A stretch of 64,000 nt of DNA from Macrostomum lignano (taxonomy: Eukaryota). Location of the stretch: positions 1-64,000 of the forward strand of contig NIVC01000702.1 of NCBI GenBank assembly GCA_002269645.1, read 5' to 3'. The notes beneath the pieces were generated by a model. It was not told where the DNA came from. It was given only the letters and a program-made list of their open reading frames with translations, and did no database searches. Numbering within the stretch: the stretch's first letter is position 1; every line of letters begins with the position of its first letter. The position numbers and the translations under genes were made by a program. Shown here in pieces: positions 11,212-51,103 of this stretch.

Positions 11212-14172
11212 TTAATCAGCACGAACCCGCTTCATCAGTGTCACTACTAGCGAGCTGTCATTGCTGGCCGTCCTCAGCTCGCACCTGTGTGTCGCACTGG
11301 GACAGGCAGACTCGGACACCGCACGGAACTGAATGACTCCGGTGAGGTGCCACAGCTCAGCTTGGATCACGTCAATCAGTATGTGCTCTGGATCAGCTGT
11401 TAAATTCAAATAGTCGCCAAAAGTTTGTTTAAATTTGACAATCAATTTACAATTACAACAGAACGTAAAATTTATACCTTTTGGAACGGAGACTGATTGA
11501 GCCAGATTAGCCATGTCGTATCCATCAAATTTACAGGTGATAGTTCTGTAGCAGCTTTGGGCTCGGGGTATCGCTCCAAGAAACTTGTATGTAGTTGATG
11601 AAGATCTTGAGAGACTGCTGCCTATCAACTGCATGCGAATTTTCTCAGACCCGCCTCCACAGTCGCGATGCAGTCGACAATTTGCTGATGGAGTATTGTC
11701 GACGGAAGTTACCGACACAGCGAAGGAAGGACCAGCTGCACTGCTAGTCGTCCATTTCGAGAGATCCCACCGGATATCCGGAGCGTCTGAGTGGGAAAAT
11801 ATTGAAGCCTTATCGCCTCCTTTTCTTACCATTGATAATAATAATAACAATAATAATTGATTATATCTGCCCCAATCGGGCCAGATGGGCAACCGACAGC
11901 TCAGCCGCAGCTATTGCGCGGCGCTTCTGAAGGCTGCGTACGGCTGTTCAGTCCAAGGACTGGGGGGGTCGCCACACACAATTTTCTCAGCTAATGCTGG
12001 CACCCATTTTACAGCTGAGTGAACTGAAGCAATGCAGAGTTAAGTGTCTTGCTCAAGGACACAAATTGTTCCGATTGGGTCGAGAGTCGAACCTCCGACC
12101 TTCAAATCACGAGTCAGACGCTCTAATCACTAGGCTACAACCCGCTTCTATATATTGATAAAGTAACCAGGGCATCAATATAAGGGCAATATGTTCTCTT
12201 TACAGGAATGATTATTAAAATTTGTCACAGTTTGTGCTTGATTAGTTAAAACAAATTGTTATATAGACAAAGCAGTTGGCACTCACGGTTTTTAGTTAAG
12301 CGAAAGTCAAGTCGGTAGACTGAATTTACGAAAGCTAAGATGACACTGTGGTTGAACTGAAGCTGATAGCTAGGACTCTGGCCATGAACGATGTACCGGT
12401 ATAATTCAGGAAAACTGCTGTTTGGAACAGTGCCGTTAAAAATTCTGACACTGCCATACCGGTAACTGTTGCGATTTTCATCAATACGAGTTATTCTGAT
12501 TTTTAACAAGAAGTTCTGGGGAACAACAAGGCTATAATATGTTCTGTAGCGGCGCTGTAACCGACGCAAAAACACCGCGGACTGAAACTGTGGATGAGTG
12601 GTCCGACTGCCGCTCTTCTGCCTGATGACTTCCGTAGCACCTGAGAAATGCAAGCGAGTATTCTTTGTTTGTTACCACCGAAATTGATGAGCATGCTATA
12701 GGAAAGCATTGAATGTGCCCTTACCTGGTATTGTTTGATTGCTTGTCTCATAGGTAAGCCGGAATCCCTGATCAGTGATGGAGCGGTCAATGACAAATCG
12801 AATAACTACGGGACCGGTGAGCCAGAACTCTGATTGCAGCGAGTCGGGGCTGTTTACCCTAAAACTTTCTTCGTCACTGTTTAAATATGTCGTTATTCTC
12901 TCATAGATTCGAACACTGTCGCAGCAGCGTCGAAGTTGCAGTCGACTGAATTTGATAATCACAGACAGATTCGAGTCGATGGTCCACATGATTCCAAAGT
13001 TGCTGTCGTAAACTTTACCAATCGTGTCCAAACCGCCCGGTAGATAGGAAACGACTCCAGACTTTGAGCTCAGAATAGAACGGCTCTCTTTTGCAGCTGT
13101 TAAAAATAATAAAATGATCAAGCACTCAACCCTTCTCAAGCAGTAGCCATTCCCTTTAAAACACCACAGCTCACTTACTTATACTGAATTTAAACTCAAA
13201 TCCAGGTCTGACTACTCCAGAATCAGTCGAAAAAATGAAGGTGACACTGTGCTGAAACTTATAGAAAGGTAAGCTGAGGCTTCGATTGCCGGATAACTCC
13301 AGCATTGCATAACGGTTTTGATGCGGTATCAGACCACGATAAGTATTTAGTTTGTCACTCCATTGTTGTGTAATAAATTTAGTAAATTGAACCAAAACTT
13401 CATAGTTAGAAGGCACGAATATGCTCCAGCATTTTCGGTAGTTATTGGCATAGTCTTCATCCCCAGGGTGGCTCTTTCTGACGCCAATATTTTGTCTGAT
13501 GATCTCAGCGGCGGCTGCAAATCGTTTGGAAGCAAACCAATACGTTATTCGTCTCTTAGAGCAAATATTTACAGCTCAGCAAGTTCAGCAAGGTAAAGTG
13601 TGGATTCAACAGTTAAAAGCTAAAATACAAAATTTTGTCTTTTCAAATGAGTAGTTAAATTTGTAATCAGCTAGTATCTTACCCGGAATCGATTCACTCC
13701 GAGTCTGGTAATTAAGCTCGAATCCAGTTCCCGTACGAGAGCCACCAGTCCTCTGAAACCTCACAACGAACGGTGCAGTCAGCCATAACTCGGAGTCAAT
13801 GACGTCAGAGTACCTTAGCCTGAACCTCTCCGTGCTCTCTAAGGCTGAGCTGGTATTTTCATAAATTGAAACTCTGTCACAGCAACTATTCACATCGAGC
13901 TTGGTGAACTTGATCATCTTCACTCCGCTTGATTGCACAGTCCAGGACACACTCATGTAGCTTGAGCTGGACTGGCATGAAATCGTTCCGCTAGGTGAGT
14001 AGACAGTGCCTCCTGAGCAGGAAGCTGCAATACCAAAGTGAAATACTAATTATTTCTTTAATATTCGATCGGAAATGTGTAAAGTTTGACCAGCAAGATT
14101 TTAATTACCAGCAGCTAGTTGTAGCCTGAATATTAAAGTAAGAATGGCAATGTAGCAGGTGGCTGCTTGCAT
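11212..14172 (-). CDS. Secreted multi-CUB-domain protein, about 680 aa (exons 14172-14109, 14024-13683, 13514-13179, 13096-12725, 12640-12287, 11786-11212)
   Basis: Exon 1 encodes a signal peptide (MQAATCYIAILTLIFRLQLAA). The next exons each encode a CUB-like domain (e.g. SHPGDEDYANNYRKCWSIFVPSNYEVLVQF...FSTDSGVVRPGFEFKF; MWTIDSNLSVIIKF...CCDSVRIYE...VIRFVIDRSITDQGFRLTY). All five introns are phase-1 GT-AG, and the summed CDS is 2043 nt, open to TAA. Confidence 0.85.
11834..12146 (-). mobile_element. tRNA-derived CORE-type SINE with (TTA)n tail, in the last intron of the CUB gene
   Basis: The head has box A (TAGCCTAGTGA) and box B (GGTTCGACTC). The central TGTGTCCTTGAGCAAGACACTTAACTCTG...CAGCTGTAAAATGGG closely resembles the MIR/CORE domain, and the 3' end is a TTA repeat. 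Confidence 0.85.
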
Positions 14173-14703
14173 TTTTCCAAGAAATTAGAAATTTTGATTA
14201 CTAAAATTCAACTCTTTAAGTTTTCCATTGAAATGCAGCTAAATATGTTTTAATATGCGGAGCTGCGATATAACAAGGTATGTATTATTATAATATAACT
14301 ATTGTATACATTTCAAGGCCAGAACGTTAATGGTAAAAGTGGCATTTTGTATCAAATTAAGCAGCTTTTGTCTTGTTTTCAAACTGATTAGCTAAACTGA
14401 TTTTTAGACTTCAAATAAACAAATTTGACAAACATATGAACAGAAAATTTCTATATATATATAACGTAGCTCGATAATATCAGGTTTGAACTCGTAGTTT
14501 CTGTTTATCCAGGCAAACTCTAATTCTGCAGATAGCAGAATTTAACAAACTTTATTGGTCAACTTAAACCAACTGAGTTAAATTTAACCATCTCAATGGC
14601 AATTAATAAGGTTTTGTAAATTTTGACTCTTGCTCTTAAAGACGATCTCTAACTGCGAAGACCCAAGTCTAGATAATTTTAAACCGACAAATTATTGCAT
14701 ATT

Positions 14704-15910
14704 TAGTGTTGGGCACAATTCCGATTCTCCGATACTCCGATCGACGATACCTTTTGGGTATGGGAGTATCGGAACTCGATACTTTTTTAATCTGACTTCG
14801 GTAACTTCCGATACTATTTTCAAATTTTCCCGATAGTCCGATACTTTTAAAATTTTGAGCCTGCAAACAATCAAAACTTCGTTAAAATTAATGAAATAGT
14901 TGCGTAATTTCAGAGAAAGTTATGATAAATTACTTCATTTTTAGGTCAATGAAGCTAAAATTTAATTAATATTTCGTCCCTAAAATTTGTTTTTTAGAAC
15001 TTTTTAAAATTGCCTGCGCCATATATACTTTATCAATTAGTTAGTAATTAGTAATTCTTATCAAAATGATATTATTTAGTCTATTATCATGCTGCAAGTT
15101 CTGCAACACTGTCAGCCACTGATTGCTGATTGCTTCTACAATTTCTACAATAGTATATGCACAAGTACTACACTATATAGTAACACAAGCAATTTAGTTA
15201 ACGATGCGTACACACAAACAGTCAGCAAAAATAAAGAAATGCACTATTTTGGGCGCATATATTGAGCCAAGTTGAGTAGAGGGAATAGAAGTGACGCGAT
15301 TTACTTAGGTTTACATGTATAAAGAGCGGAGGGGCGAGGTGTTGCCCAATCAGAGGTAAGGCTTTTAAGTTTGTACCTCGGCTTAGAGCATTCGGTCTGG
15401 CTGACTACTACCTGTACATAGTGCACGCAACCCCCAACCAAGGCTGATCAGGTTAAGCGTGCAGGCGCATCAATCGCAGACTGGCAGGTCGCCACACTAT
15501 ACTAAAACAATAACAGTACTAATATAGGCATAAAGAAGACTGACTACAGAGGCTAGTAAATAGTTAATCGATTGACTACAGTGGCAACTGTTGGTTTTCA
15601 TTCGTTAATTTTATTTTATTTGTTTCACTGAAGTCTTCATCATTTAAAACAGAGCTAAGCTTGCTTTATTCGCCTGAAAATCCAAGGAGAAGGTCTGAGA
15701 AGCTTAAATTATATGCATTTTATTCGTTAAGCATTTCTTTTTTCAAAAACCGGGTATCGGAATAGAGTATCGGAATTAGGGTATCGCCGATACTCAAATT
15801 TGGGTATTGGACTTTCAGGTATCGGTGATACTTTTTTCAGAAAGGGTATTTAAAGGGTATTGGAGTATCGGTTTTCACCGATACTTTTTTGAGTATCGTG
15901 CCCAACACTG
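14704..15910. mobile_element. Non-autonomous hAT DNA transposon (1207 bp)
   Basis: The TIRs are TAGTGTTGGGCAC and GTGCCCAACACTG, with an identical 8-bp TSD TGCATATT (14696-14703 and 15911-15918). Many subterminal GATACT/AGTATC motifs occur at both ends, and there is no transposase ORF. Confidence 0.9.
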
Positions 15911-17565
15911 TGCATATTACAGAAAGCAACTTAATCCAAAAGATGGAACTAAAAATCAGTAATCAGATCCTAACGCGTCTGGACCTGATCCCGGTATAAA
16001 AAGCAGAGTCCAGCAGACCCATAGTGCTTTTAATGAGTCTTATATTAAGTATTCCTTAATTAAAGAGACAAAAATGACGTTCCACGTTTTACTCTCAATC
16101 TCAACAGAGAGTTTCTACATCAGAGAGAGGTCGTGAGGAGAATGCGTCAGAGCATATCGGGCAGCTGCGGCAGCGGCAGTCACCCCGCGCCACATCCCTG
16201 AGCTGCCGGCACGCAGTGTCTCCCTGCTGGTTCGGCCCCTCGCAACAACAGCACCAGACTCCGACATCAGTGCCTCAACTGCCGGTTGACGTCTCTGTGC
16301 CATCATCGTCATCCTTGACGCCTAGTTACGCCTCCAGACGATGAAAGCGAAGACACCTCCGATAACAGACGATCGGACAGGCCTTACAGGCAGATGCGGC
16401 AGCAACTCACGACATCGGCATTGACGCAGAGTCGGAAAAAGGAGCTGCCCGCCTGTAAATGATGGGCGCGTGGAAAAATCTTTTAAGTCAACAGCAGGTT
16501 AAGACGCCTCGAATATCAGCTGAAAGCCATGCTGGAGAGAAGTTCAGCTCACTTGGAATCTTTGAATCCGATGCATTCAACGATTGGGCGATGCGTCCAG
16601 CTTGACCGTCGCAGAGCGACCGTTGTCACCGTTTGAAAAGGTCGGCTCGTGGGCCGCTTGCAAGCAGAACCGACTTGTATATGTGATATGCTTTATAATT
16701 GCCTGATTTGAGATTTGGAATTTAAGACTAAGCGTACTTGATGAACACAAATATCACCTCTGTCTGTCAGTACATTGCCAAATGTACAAATTTCACAGAC
16801 GCTTTTCTGTTCCTCTGTGATCCTGTGGAAAAGAACAACCTTCGACATCAAGAACGGGCAGTCGAGCAGTCAGGAATGGGCAGTCATTGCTGCCACTGCC
16901 TCCGGAAGAACAGAAAGGGCGGCTCACTGAGAGCAGCAGCAGAGATGACAACGAATACTGTTCATTTCTGGCTTGCTTGCATCAACCAACTTTTTTCTTT
17001 CGCTCTTTGATCTTTCTTGCACTTTTCCTACTTTTAATGTTTGGCTTGCTCTTCATATTAGTTGTTACTCGGATTACCTGTTGCTCGGACTACCTGTTAA
17101 CTCGGACTACCTGCTACTCGAATCACCTGTAACTCGAATTACCTGCTACTCTCAGAATACTCGAACTACCAGAGATAGTTAATCATCGGACATCAAATCA
17201 AGTTAATAACCCTATTCAAAAAATACTTAAATATATATTTGTTTTAATGATTCTAAATCGCTTTAAATAAAGTTTCAACTGCATGAATAAATGTATGTCG
17301 ATTAGACAATATTTACAATTGTAGTTGGGCCCGTATTGATTTTACACTCCAAGAGATATTTATTGAACAAAACAAAGCTGACAGCTGAAATGGACAGGTT
17401 TTTGCTAGAAGGGTGAAAACAATATTGAATTATAAAAATAATTATATGTGCAAAAAACTCTAAAACTGCAGCGCACCATATTTTATATCTGGACGATCAC
17501 AAAGCATTCCAAGAGACAGATATAAACTGCTTGGTACTCAAGCGGTTCAACTCAGTATGACGACG

Positions 17566-18335
17566 TCATCGCCTTTGGTGCCGCCTCATCTTGCTGGCGG
17601 CAGTGGCCGCTGCCGCGACCGCATTCGCACCATTCTTGTTGCGTCGTTTCTTGCCATCAACGCCGACATCCTGCAGCTCGTTGGCTGGCGTCGCTTCTGT
17701 CGCCGGCGGCGGCACGATGTACACCCGGACAGGCACGAAGTCGTCAGTGAAGCGGTACCGTCGGATCTCCGTCATGCCGCCCCGTCTGGCAGCTTCTCGA
17801 GTCTCCAGCAGGCGAGGCTCCGTGTACTGAATTTCAACAGCCGGTTCCTCTGGCTGCCGCTGTCGCTGCTGCCGCTGCTGTTGAAGTCGCAGACTCTTCT
17901 TTGTCGCTCGTACAGGCGGTGCCGGAAGACTTCTTTGAGGCTTCGTTGCGGACTCAACAGCCCGGGTGGAGTCTGGCATCGCCGCTGCCCGGGTTTCTGT
18001 GAATCGAGTGGGCCGATGGCTGCTCATCACCACCTGATAGTCGTAGGTTATGGGCGCTGGCGACAGGCGAGATCTTCCGAGCGCTTGACGCGGAAATCTG
18101 CCAGGAGCGCTGAAGCTGCGCCGAGGTCGCGGGTTCGATTCCGGCGAGCCGATGGCGGCATTGTGCCAACTTTTCATAAGCGTCGGCAACTTACGATAAT
18201 CGGGCATTTCTGCAGGTGGCTCTGGGGTGCGAAATGTGTGATAAACTGACTCTAACTCAACAAATTTTCATTTGCACGACAATTAGCCCCGGGACAAGAA
18301 ACCTAAATAAACTTCAGAATACCTGCTGAGTGCAT
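17566..18335 (-). CDS. Orphan, probably disordered protein (main exon 18209-17566; possible 13-nt first exon 18335-18323)
   Basis: A 213-aa GC-rich ORF in AT-rich surroundings. There is a CTGCAG acceptor at 18210, a phase-compatible upstream ATG micro-exon (MHSA|E) and AATAAA on the minus strand at about 17360. No recognisable domain. Confidence 0.4.
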
Positions 18336-18593
18336 GGGTAAACTATGTACGCAGTTTTATTTATAGTAAAGACCCGACTTTAAACAGTAACGCTAAAATC
18401 AATTTTTGTCTGCTTATCCGCGTCTAAAACACGTGGTCAGAGAAACGTCTGCAGTCACGGACGAATGCTTGAGTGAGTTTCAATTATCATATAGGACGAG
18501 CCTAAAGGATTCATTATCATAGGATTATTCTGATCTTTACTGTATGGAAGTCGATAATTTATAAACATGATTTCTATGAGAGTGAGGAGAGAG

Positions 18594-18598
18594 AGAGA

Positions 18599-18661
<63 letters not shown>
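18594..18661. repeat. (GA)n microsatellite
   Basis: A direct GA run. Confidence 0.95.
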
Positions 18662-18662
<1 letters not shown>

Positions 18663-19198
18663 AGTTGCTGCTGGCATCCTTCTTCGTGCTGATATGTCCA
18701 TCGCCGAATCATCAGCTTTCTATCTTTTCGAATCGAAAAAAGAGTTTTCCTGATGAAGTTTTTAAAGCGGAACTATATCGGTAATTTCAGGAAATTTCTA
18801 CAACTATTCGGGTGTCGAAAAAAGAAATAAATTCGACAAACGGTAGAAGCCATTGATGGCGTATAGATATCAAAGTTTCGAGATTCACCCAAAAGCGTTG
18901 TTAGAAATGTACGTTGACAAGGAGGTTCCTTATTTCGAGGAAAACACGCGGAGCTCGGTGCTGCTTTGAATTTATAACAGATTAGCAGTCCATTTCATGA
19001 GCAAAAACTTCGTCCGACTTGGATAGCGGTTGTTAATAAATATGGATCCCAGTTTGCCTGTACGCCTTGTCTATGTCGCTAGTGCTTTGCTAGCGGAGAT
19101 TCTCACTAAGTAACCTCCGCTGCCATAGACAATAAAATTAACGCCGTGAACCTGAGTGAGATTTATTGAACACTTTCTTCTACCATAGACAAAACGTG

Positions 19199-19285
19199 TC
19201 CCGCGAATACAGGGAGCGGAGAGTACTCATAATCTCCGCGAATCTAGTCTGTATTCTCCGCTCCCCGCTCCTTGCATTCGTGGGC
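19199..19285. repeat. Short imperfect inverted repeat/hairpin
   Basis: CCCGCGAATACAGGGAGCGG pairs with CCGCTCCTTGCATTCGTGGG at about 17/20 positions. Confidence 0.5.
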
Positions 19286-20360
19286 TACATAGAGCTAATG
19301 AGGTTTCGACATAGACGAAATTAGGTAAAAAAAATCATTGCTCAAGAGCATCATTCTCTTCACAATCAATCGAAATCCTACCTTTATAATCCGCAGATAA
19401 ATGTAAACTGGGTGATTGTGCCGTGTAATGTGTACAGCAGGCTAATTCTTCACAGGCGTATTTAAACGACAAGCTCAATAAAAATCCTATTAAAAATGAT
19501 GAAGCTTATACATATGCCTGGGCAAGACTCCCGCTGAGCTGCATTCTACGTCATACTGAGCTGAGAGATTGCATATGATAGAAAATTTACATTGCTCTCT
19601 CAGTCGAGTAAGGGAAGCCACGCCTCGTGCTCAGGTGAGGTTTAACAATTAACTGCATAAATGCATTAACTGCAATAGCTACATGCGAGTCGAGTACCGC
19701 GGGCGAAATTCATGCACCCACCTCAGCTCCCTGCAGGCGGAGCGCACACATGGGTTGCTATGGGGATTGTTCCTTACTGTATAGAGATAGATGAGAAATA
19801 ACAATTTTGTATAGTCCTGTGTTGTTTTCTGTTGTTTGAGCACACTTTTGTCTCCGCAGATGACTGCGCGAAGCTGCTACTGCTTTTAGGAAAAGCCAAT
19901 TTCTATAAAAGCTGTATTGAAATATCTAACGCTGCGTGTGGGGAGAGCCATGCTGGGAATGAGAAAGAAATGCTTTAAATCATTGAAGCAGATAGAAAAG
20001 CATTGTAGGAAAGTACGACAGTAAGACATACGTATATATACTTGCATGCATTTCAGCATTTTCAACAGTCACTGATCTACATACATGAGTTCAGTTGGAC
20101 AGTATATATTCTTCTTGCAGCTTAAATTTTAAGGTTAAATAATGGCACTTTCTGTTCAGGTTCATTAAATATAATGTACGTTTTACATGTACATGTAAAT
20201 GTATATACTGCTACAATGCTTACCGCATTGATGGCGCAAGGACTAACTATATAAATTTAAATAAATTTACCGCAACGTCGTACCATGTATCAAATTTTTA
20301 TTGTTTTTAAATAAAAAAAGTCACTTTACTACGTAGAATTTAATTAACAGTAACTACGAG

Positions 20361-21184
20361 TACCAAGGGGGGGGAATTCCCCCCCATGACAATTTTTTTG
20401 CTGCGCCGGAACGGAGCAACGCAGGCACACGAAATTCAAGAACACGGGCTAACTTTTTGTTGCGCACCTTCTCAAATAAGAATCAAGTCGCCAGCCCTTC
20501 GGACCGTCGAGATACTCGACGATTCTGCCAGAAGGTCGGATTTTTTCCATAAGTGCTAGTGTATTCAGTACACCCCTGTGCGCCAATCAGCACTGCGCCT
20601 CAGTGCAGCCTTGCCAAGTCTCCAAATTTCATCAGCACGTCGACCACATGTGTCTGCATCAGTTCTGACTTCGTTGGTCACTAGCCTTCACCCAGGTGGA
20701 GCTTCTGGACCCTCAACAGCTGTGGCACCAGGTGATTATGGACACCCTGATGCGGATTTCTCTAGTTTCGCCGATCAAGCCTCGACAGTGGGCAAGAATC
20801 AACCGCCAGACATTCTCAGCTAGTCTCTCAAGCATTCCGTCATCATCTCGACGCCGTCGGCTCCTTCAACAGATTACACCAGGTGACTATGGACATCCTG
20901 TTATTATCAAGCTTCAATAATGGGCAAACCTCAACTGCTGGACATCCTCAGCTACTCAGTAAAGCATTCAACCAACACCCCGACGCCGTCGGCACCTTCA
21001 ACAGGTGGCACCAAGGGAGTAAGGACACCTGAGCGTGTTTTTCCTTATGCTCTTAACATTTCTGAAGCTCTCAAAATTTTTTAAGCACGTATTTCGCAAA
21101 AGTAAGCACCATAGAAAAAATTCCCGCTTCGCTCGCATTTTTTCTATGCCACTTACTGGCTCATCGTTCCCCCCCCTCTTGGTA
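20361..21184. mobile_element. Putative TIR element with internal ~134-bp degenerate tandem repeats
   Basis: TACCAAGGGGGGGGAA at 20361 mirrors TTCCCCCCCTCTTGGTA ending at 21184. Internal GACGCCGTCGGC.CCTTCAACAG...GGACA units recur at about 20850 and 20980. No TSD was found. Confidence 0.4.
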
Positions 21185-22774
21185 GTTCTGTAAACTAAAA
21201 ACTTAAACTGTTAAACTGCATGGATATTTTTAAGCGCAATCTAAGCACATAAACGTATATTTTTACATATAAATTTATAGAGTATGCGCATGCACATCAT
21301 GTATGTACGTCATGTGAAGCCTACATGTACTAGAGATTTCTACAAGTACAACCGAACTTTTGGCATAATTTTGTGCACAAAATACGTAGGATCAGATGAG
21401 ATCGATGCTATGGCATTGGCGGGCTGAACTTTAGCGGAAAAATTGCTAAGTTTGTCACGCAATACATGTTTAAGTTTATAATGATAGGACTGACACTTAT
21501 AGGCATAGACCTTAAAACCAGTGCATTCACGAACAACTAATTTTGCAGTTGTACCGGACTAAATCATCACGAGCCTGACTTCAAGTTCAATGCCCAGTCA
21601 GAGATTTATTTTTGAATAGATATTGAATCTATAAAGTACATAATAATTTTTGCTACAATATTTGTTTTCATGTAAATTACTTTAATAATGAAAGTTAAAA
21701 GTTTTAATCTATAAAATTGTTTAAGTACGTAAAAGTTAATTAGTTTATCCTTAACCACGATAATTTGAAAAGAGCAACGTGACGTTTGAGCTTTGATCTT
21801 TATAGCGTGACGCTGGATCGAGTCTGGACCAGATTTACTGATTTAGATGTATAGATCAGGAATTTTAGGCTTCTGTTTGTCGAAATTTTCGTAATACATT
21901 TGTATTATTTTTTAGTTTATTCTTTCTATTTTTACTTTCGATGATTTGAGACTAAGCATTTTTATTATGGCTTCATTTGCATGTACTAAGTGCAAAAACA
22001 AGAATTGGTTATCAAATATCATTAGTTTTTAAGCTTTTGACTTCGCATAATTGTAGTTGCGTATTAAGTATAAAATCCTAGACACTTGACACCAGGAAAT
22101 TTTTATTAAATTTACTTAATCTATTATTACAGAAAAGAATACAATAATATAATCATTTAATAGGACAGGTAAATGGGCGGGTAAAGCAAGTGGGCTTTAG
22201 CCGTTTTTAATGACTGAGCGACCTGCCTCGCTGCCCCCCTTTTTTATCGCCCCGACCTTGTACTTGTACTTGTGCTTGTTTTTACGTGCTGTACGTAACA
22301 TACATGCTCTCACTTAATACCCCTAATCCCCAGTGTGCATGTGTTTTATATATACATTGCTCAGCTCAACGCGAAGGGCGCTGCTGCCGCTCGAAAGGGC
22401 GCCCACTCACTCGTCTCCACCTCTTCGCTCCAGACATTAAATAGCAGAACATATTTTAACATAATTAAAATATTGATATAATTAGTAAATAAATAATAAA
22501 AAAGTAAAAGTAAAAATATGCTACACATTTAGGCTTATCTTTTTTATATCATTTGATGTCATAATAGGATCAATCAGTAAATACTATTAAAACTATGTGA
22601 TTTTGTTTTTGGTATATACATCAATATTCTAAGTTTTTATTGATATTTTTATTCTAGATTTTTATATTCCATTTAATTGTTTAAGATAAGAATATATTCA
22701 TCTAAAATTCAAAGCATGCTGCAGAATTCAAAGAAATATCAAAGCTTGTCAAATATCAAAATACCATCTTGTAA

Positions 22775-50113
<27,339 letters not shown>

Positions 50114-50524
50114 TTGCATGATCGCTACTTTAATTACTTGATTTAAGTCGTTTAATGAGGTTTCATGTTATGAAATTTTCACATTGTCTTCCCTACTGAA
50201 ACAGAATGAATTAGGAGACTTCGATTAATCCTGTGTTTCTAAATTTTTACTCATAAGGAATTTCGAATCTCTGAGCTGTGAATTTTTATTCCTACATTTT
50301 TACGGAGCAAATTTTTGTATGAATTGTTTAATACCAGAAATTGCCACGCATGGGTTTCTACCAGTACTTTTGTACTACTCTGTGTACTTCATTGAATGTG
50401 ATATTCTGCTTAAGGAACAACTGTGAGAATATATCATTCGTCAATAGTTTTTATTTATTTTTCATTTTAACCACCTGCTCATCTGTGCGGGCCTTTTCTA
50501 CCAAAACATCGGACCTCTACCGTA

Positions 50525-50745
50525 CCTATCAATCCCACACCCCACCCCACACCTTGCCCCACCAATCACACACCCCACACCCTCCCCACCAATCACACAC
50601 CCCACACCCACCCCACCAATCACACACCCCACACCCTCCCCACCAATCACACACCCCACACCCACCCCACCAATCACACAACCACACCCTCCCCACCAAT
50701 TGCACACCCCACACCCACCCCACCAATCACACCCCACACCCTACA
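50525..50745. repeat. AC-rich ~27-bp repeat (CACCAATCACACACCCCACACCC)
   Basis: About 8 units. Confidence 0.85.
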
Positions 50746-51103
50746 AAAATCATCCTGCTTCCCGAACGCGTACAATGCGATGGTAGTCTGAAATTTTAAA
50801 CTCCTCTATTTAAATATTTTCATGTGTTCAAAAACATGTAATTCACTAACTGACACGTAACACATTCGATTTTGAATATAGAAGCTCAACTAATCTTTAA
50901 ATATATCGTTTATTTGAGCTGAAAATTTTTTGAAAATTTCGTTTTATAAAAATAAAATTCTAAGGCAAGTTTCATTTTAATCTATTGTAGCTCATTCTTG
51001 AATTAAAAAATAATATTTTTAATCACAATGAACACACAAAATCATGGATCTGGAATCTACAAGCGTACATACAATTGTGGCATCAAGTGTTGCTGGAAGC
51101 AGT

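Noticed and set aside
12075-12146. tRNA gene
   Set aside because: The anticodon stem is broken (TCTGA/TTTGA) and it runs into the CORE domain, so it is a SINE head.
13097-13139. Apparent signal peptide MRRVECLIILLFLTAA of the 147-aa ORF
   Set aside because: It is the translated pyrimidine tract of an 82-nt intron (acceptor TTTTTAACAG at 13097). The real signal peptide is at 14172-14109.
16100-16470. GC-rich stretch with faint similarity (HDIGIDA vs QDVGVDG) to the 17566 ORF
   Set aside because: The match is too short and stops occur in all frames. I cannot support it as a gene or a duplicate.
17557-18249. Plus-strand ORF as a GPCR (LAINADIL)
   Set aside because: It has only one hydrophobic stretch and no DRY/NPxxY or seven-TM pattern.
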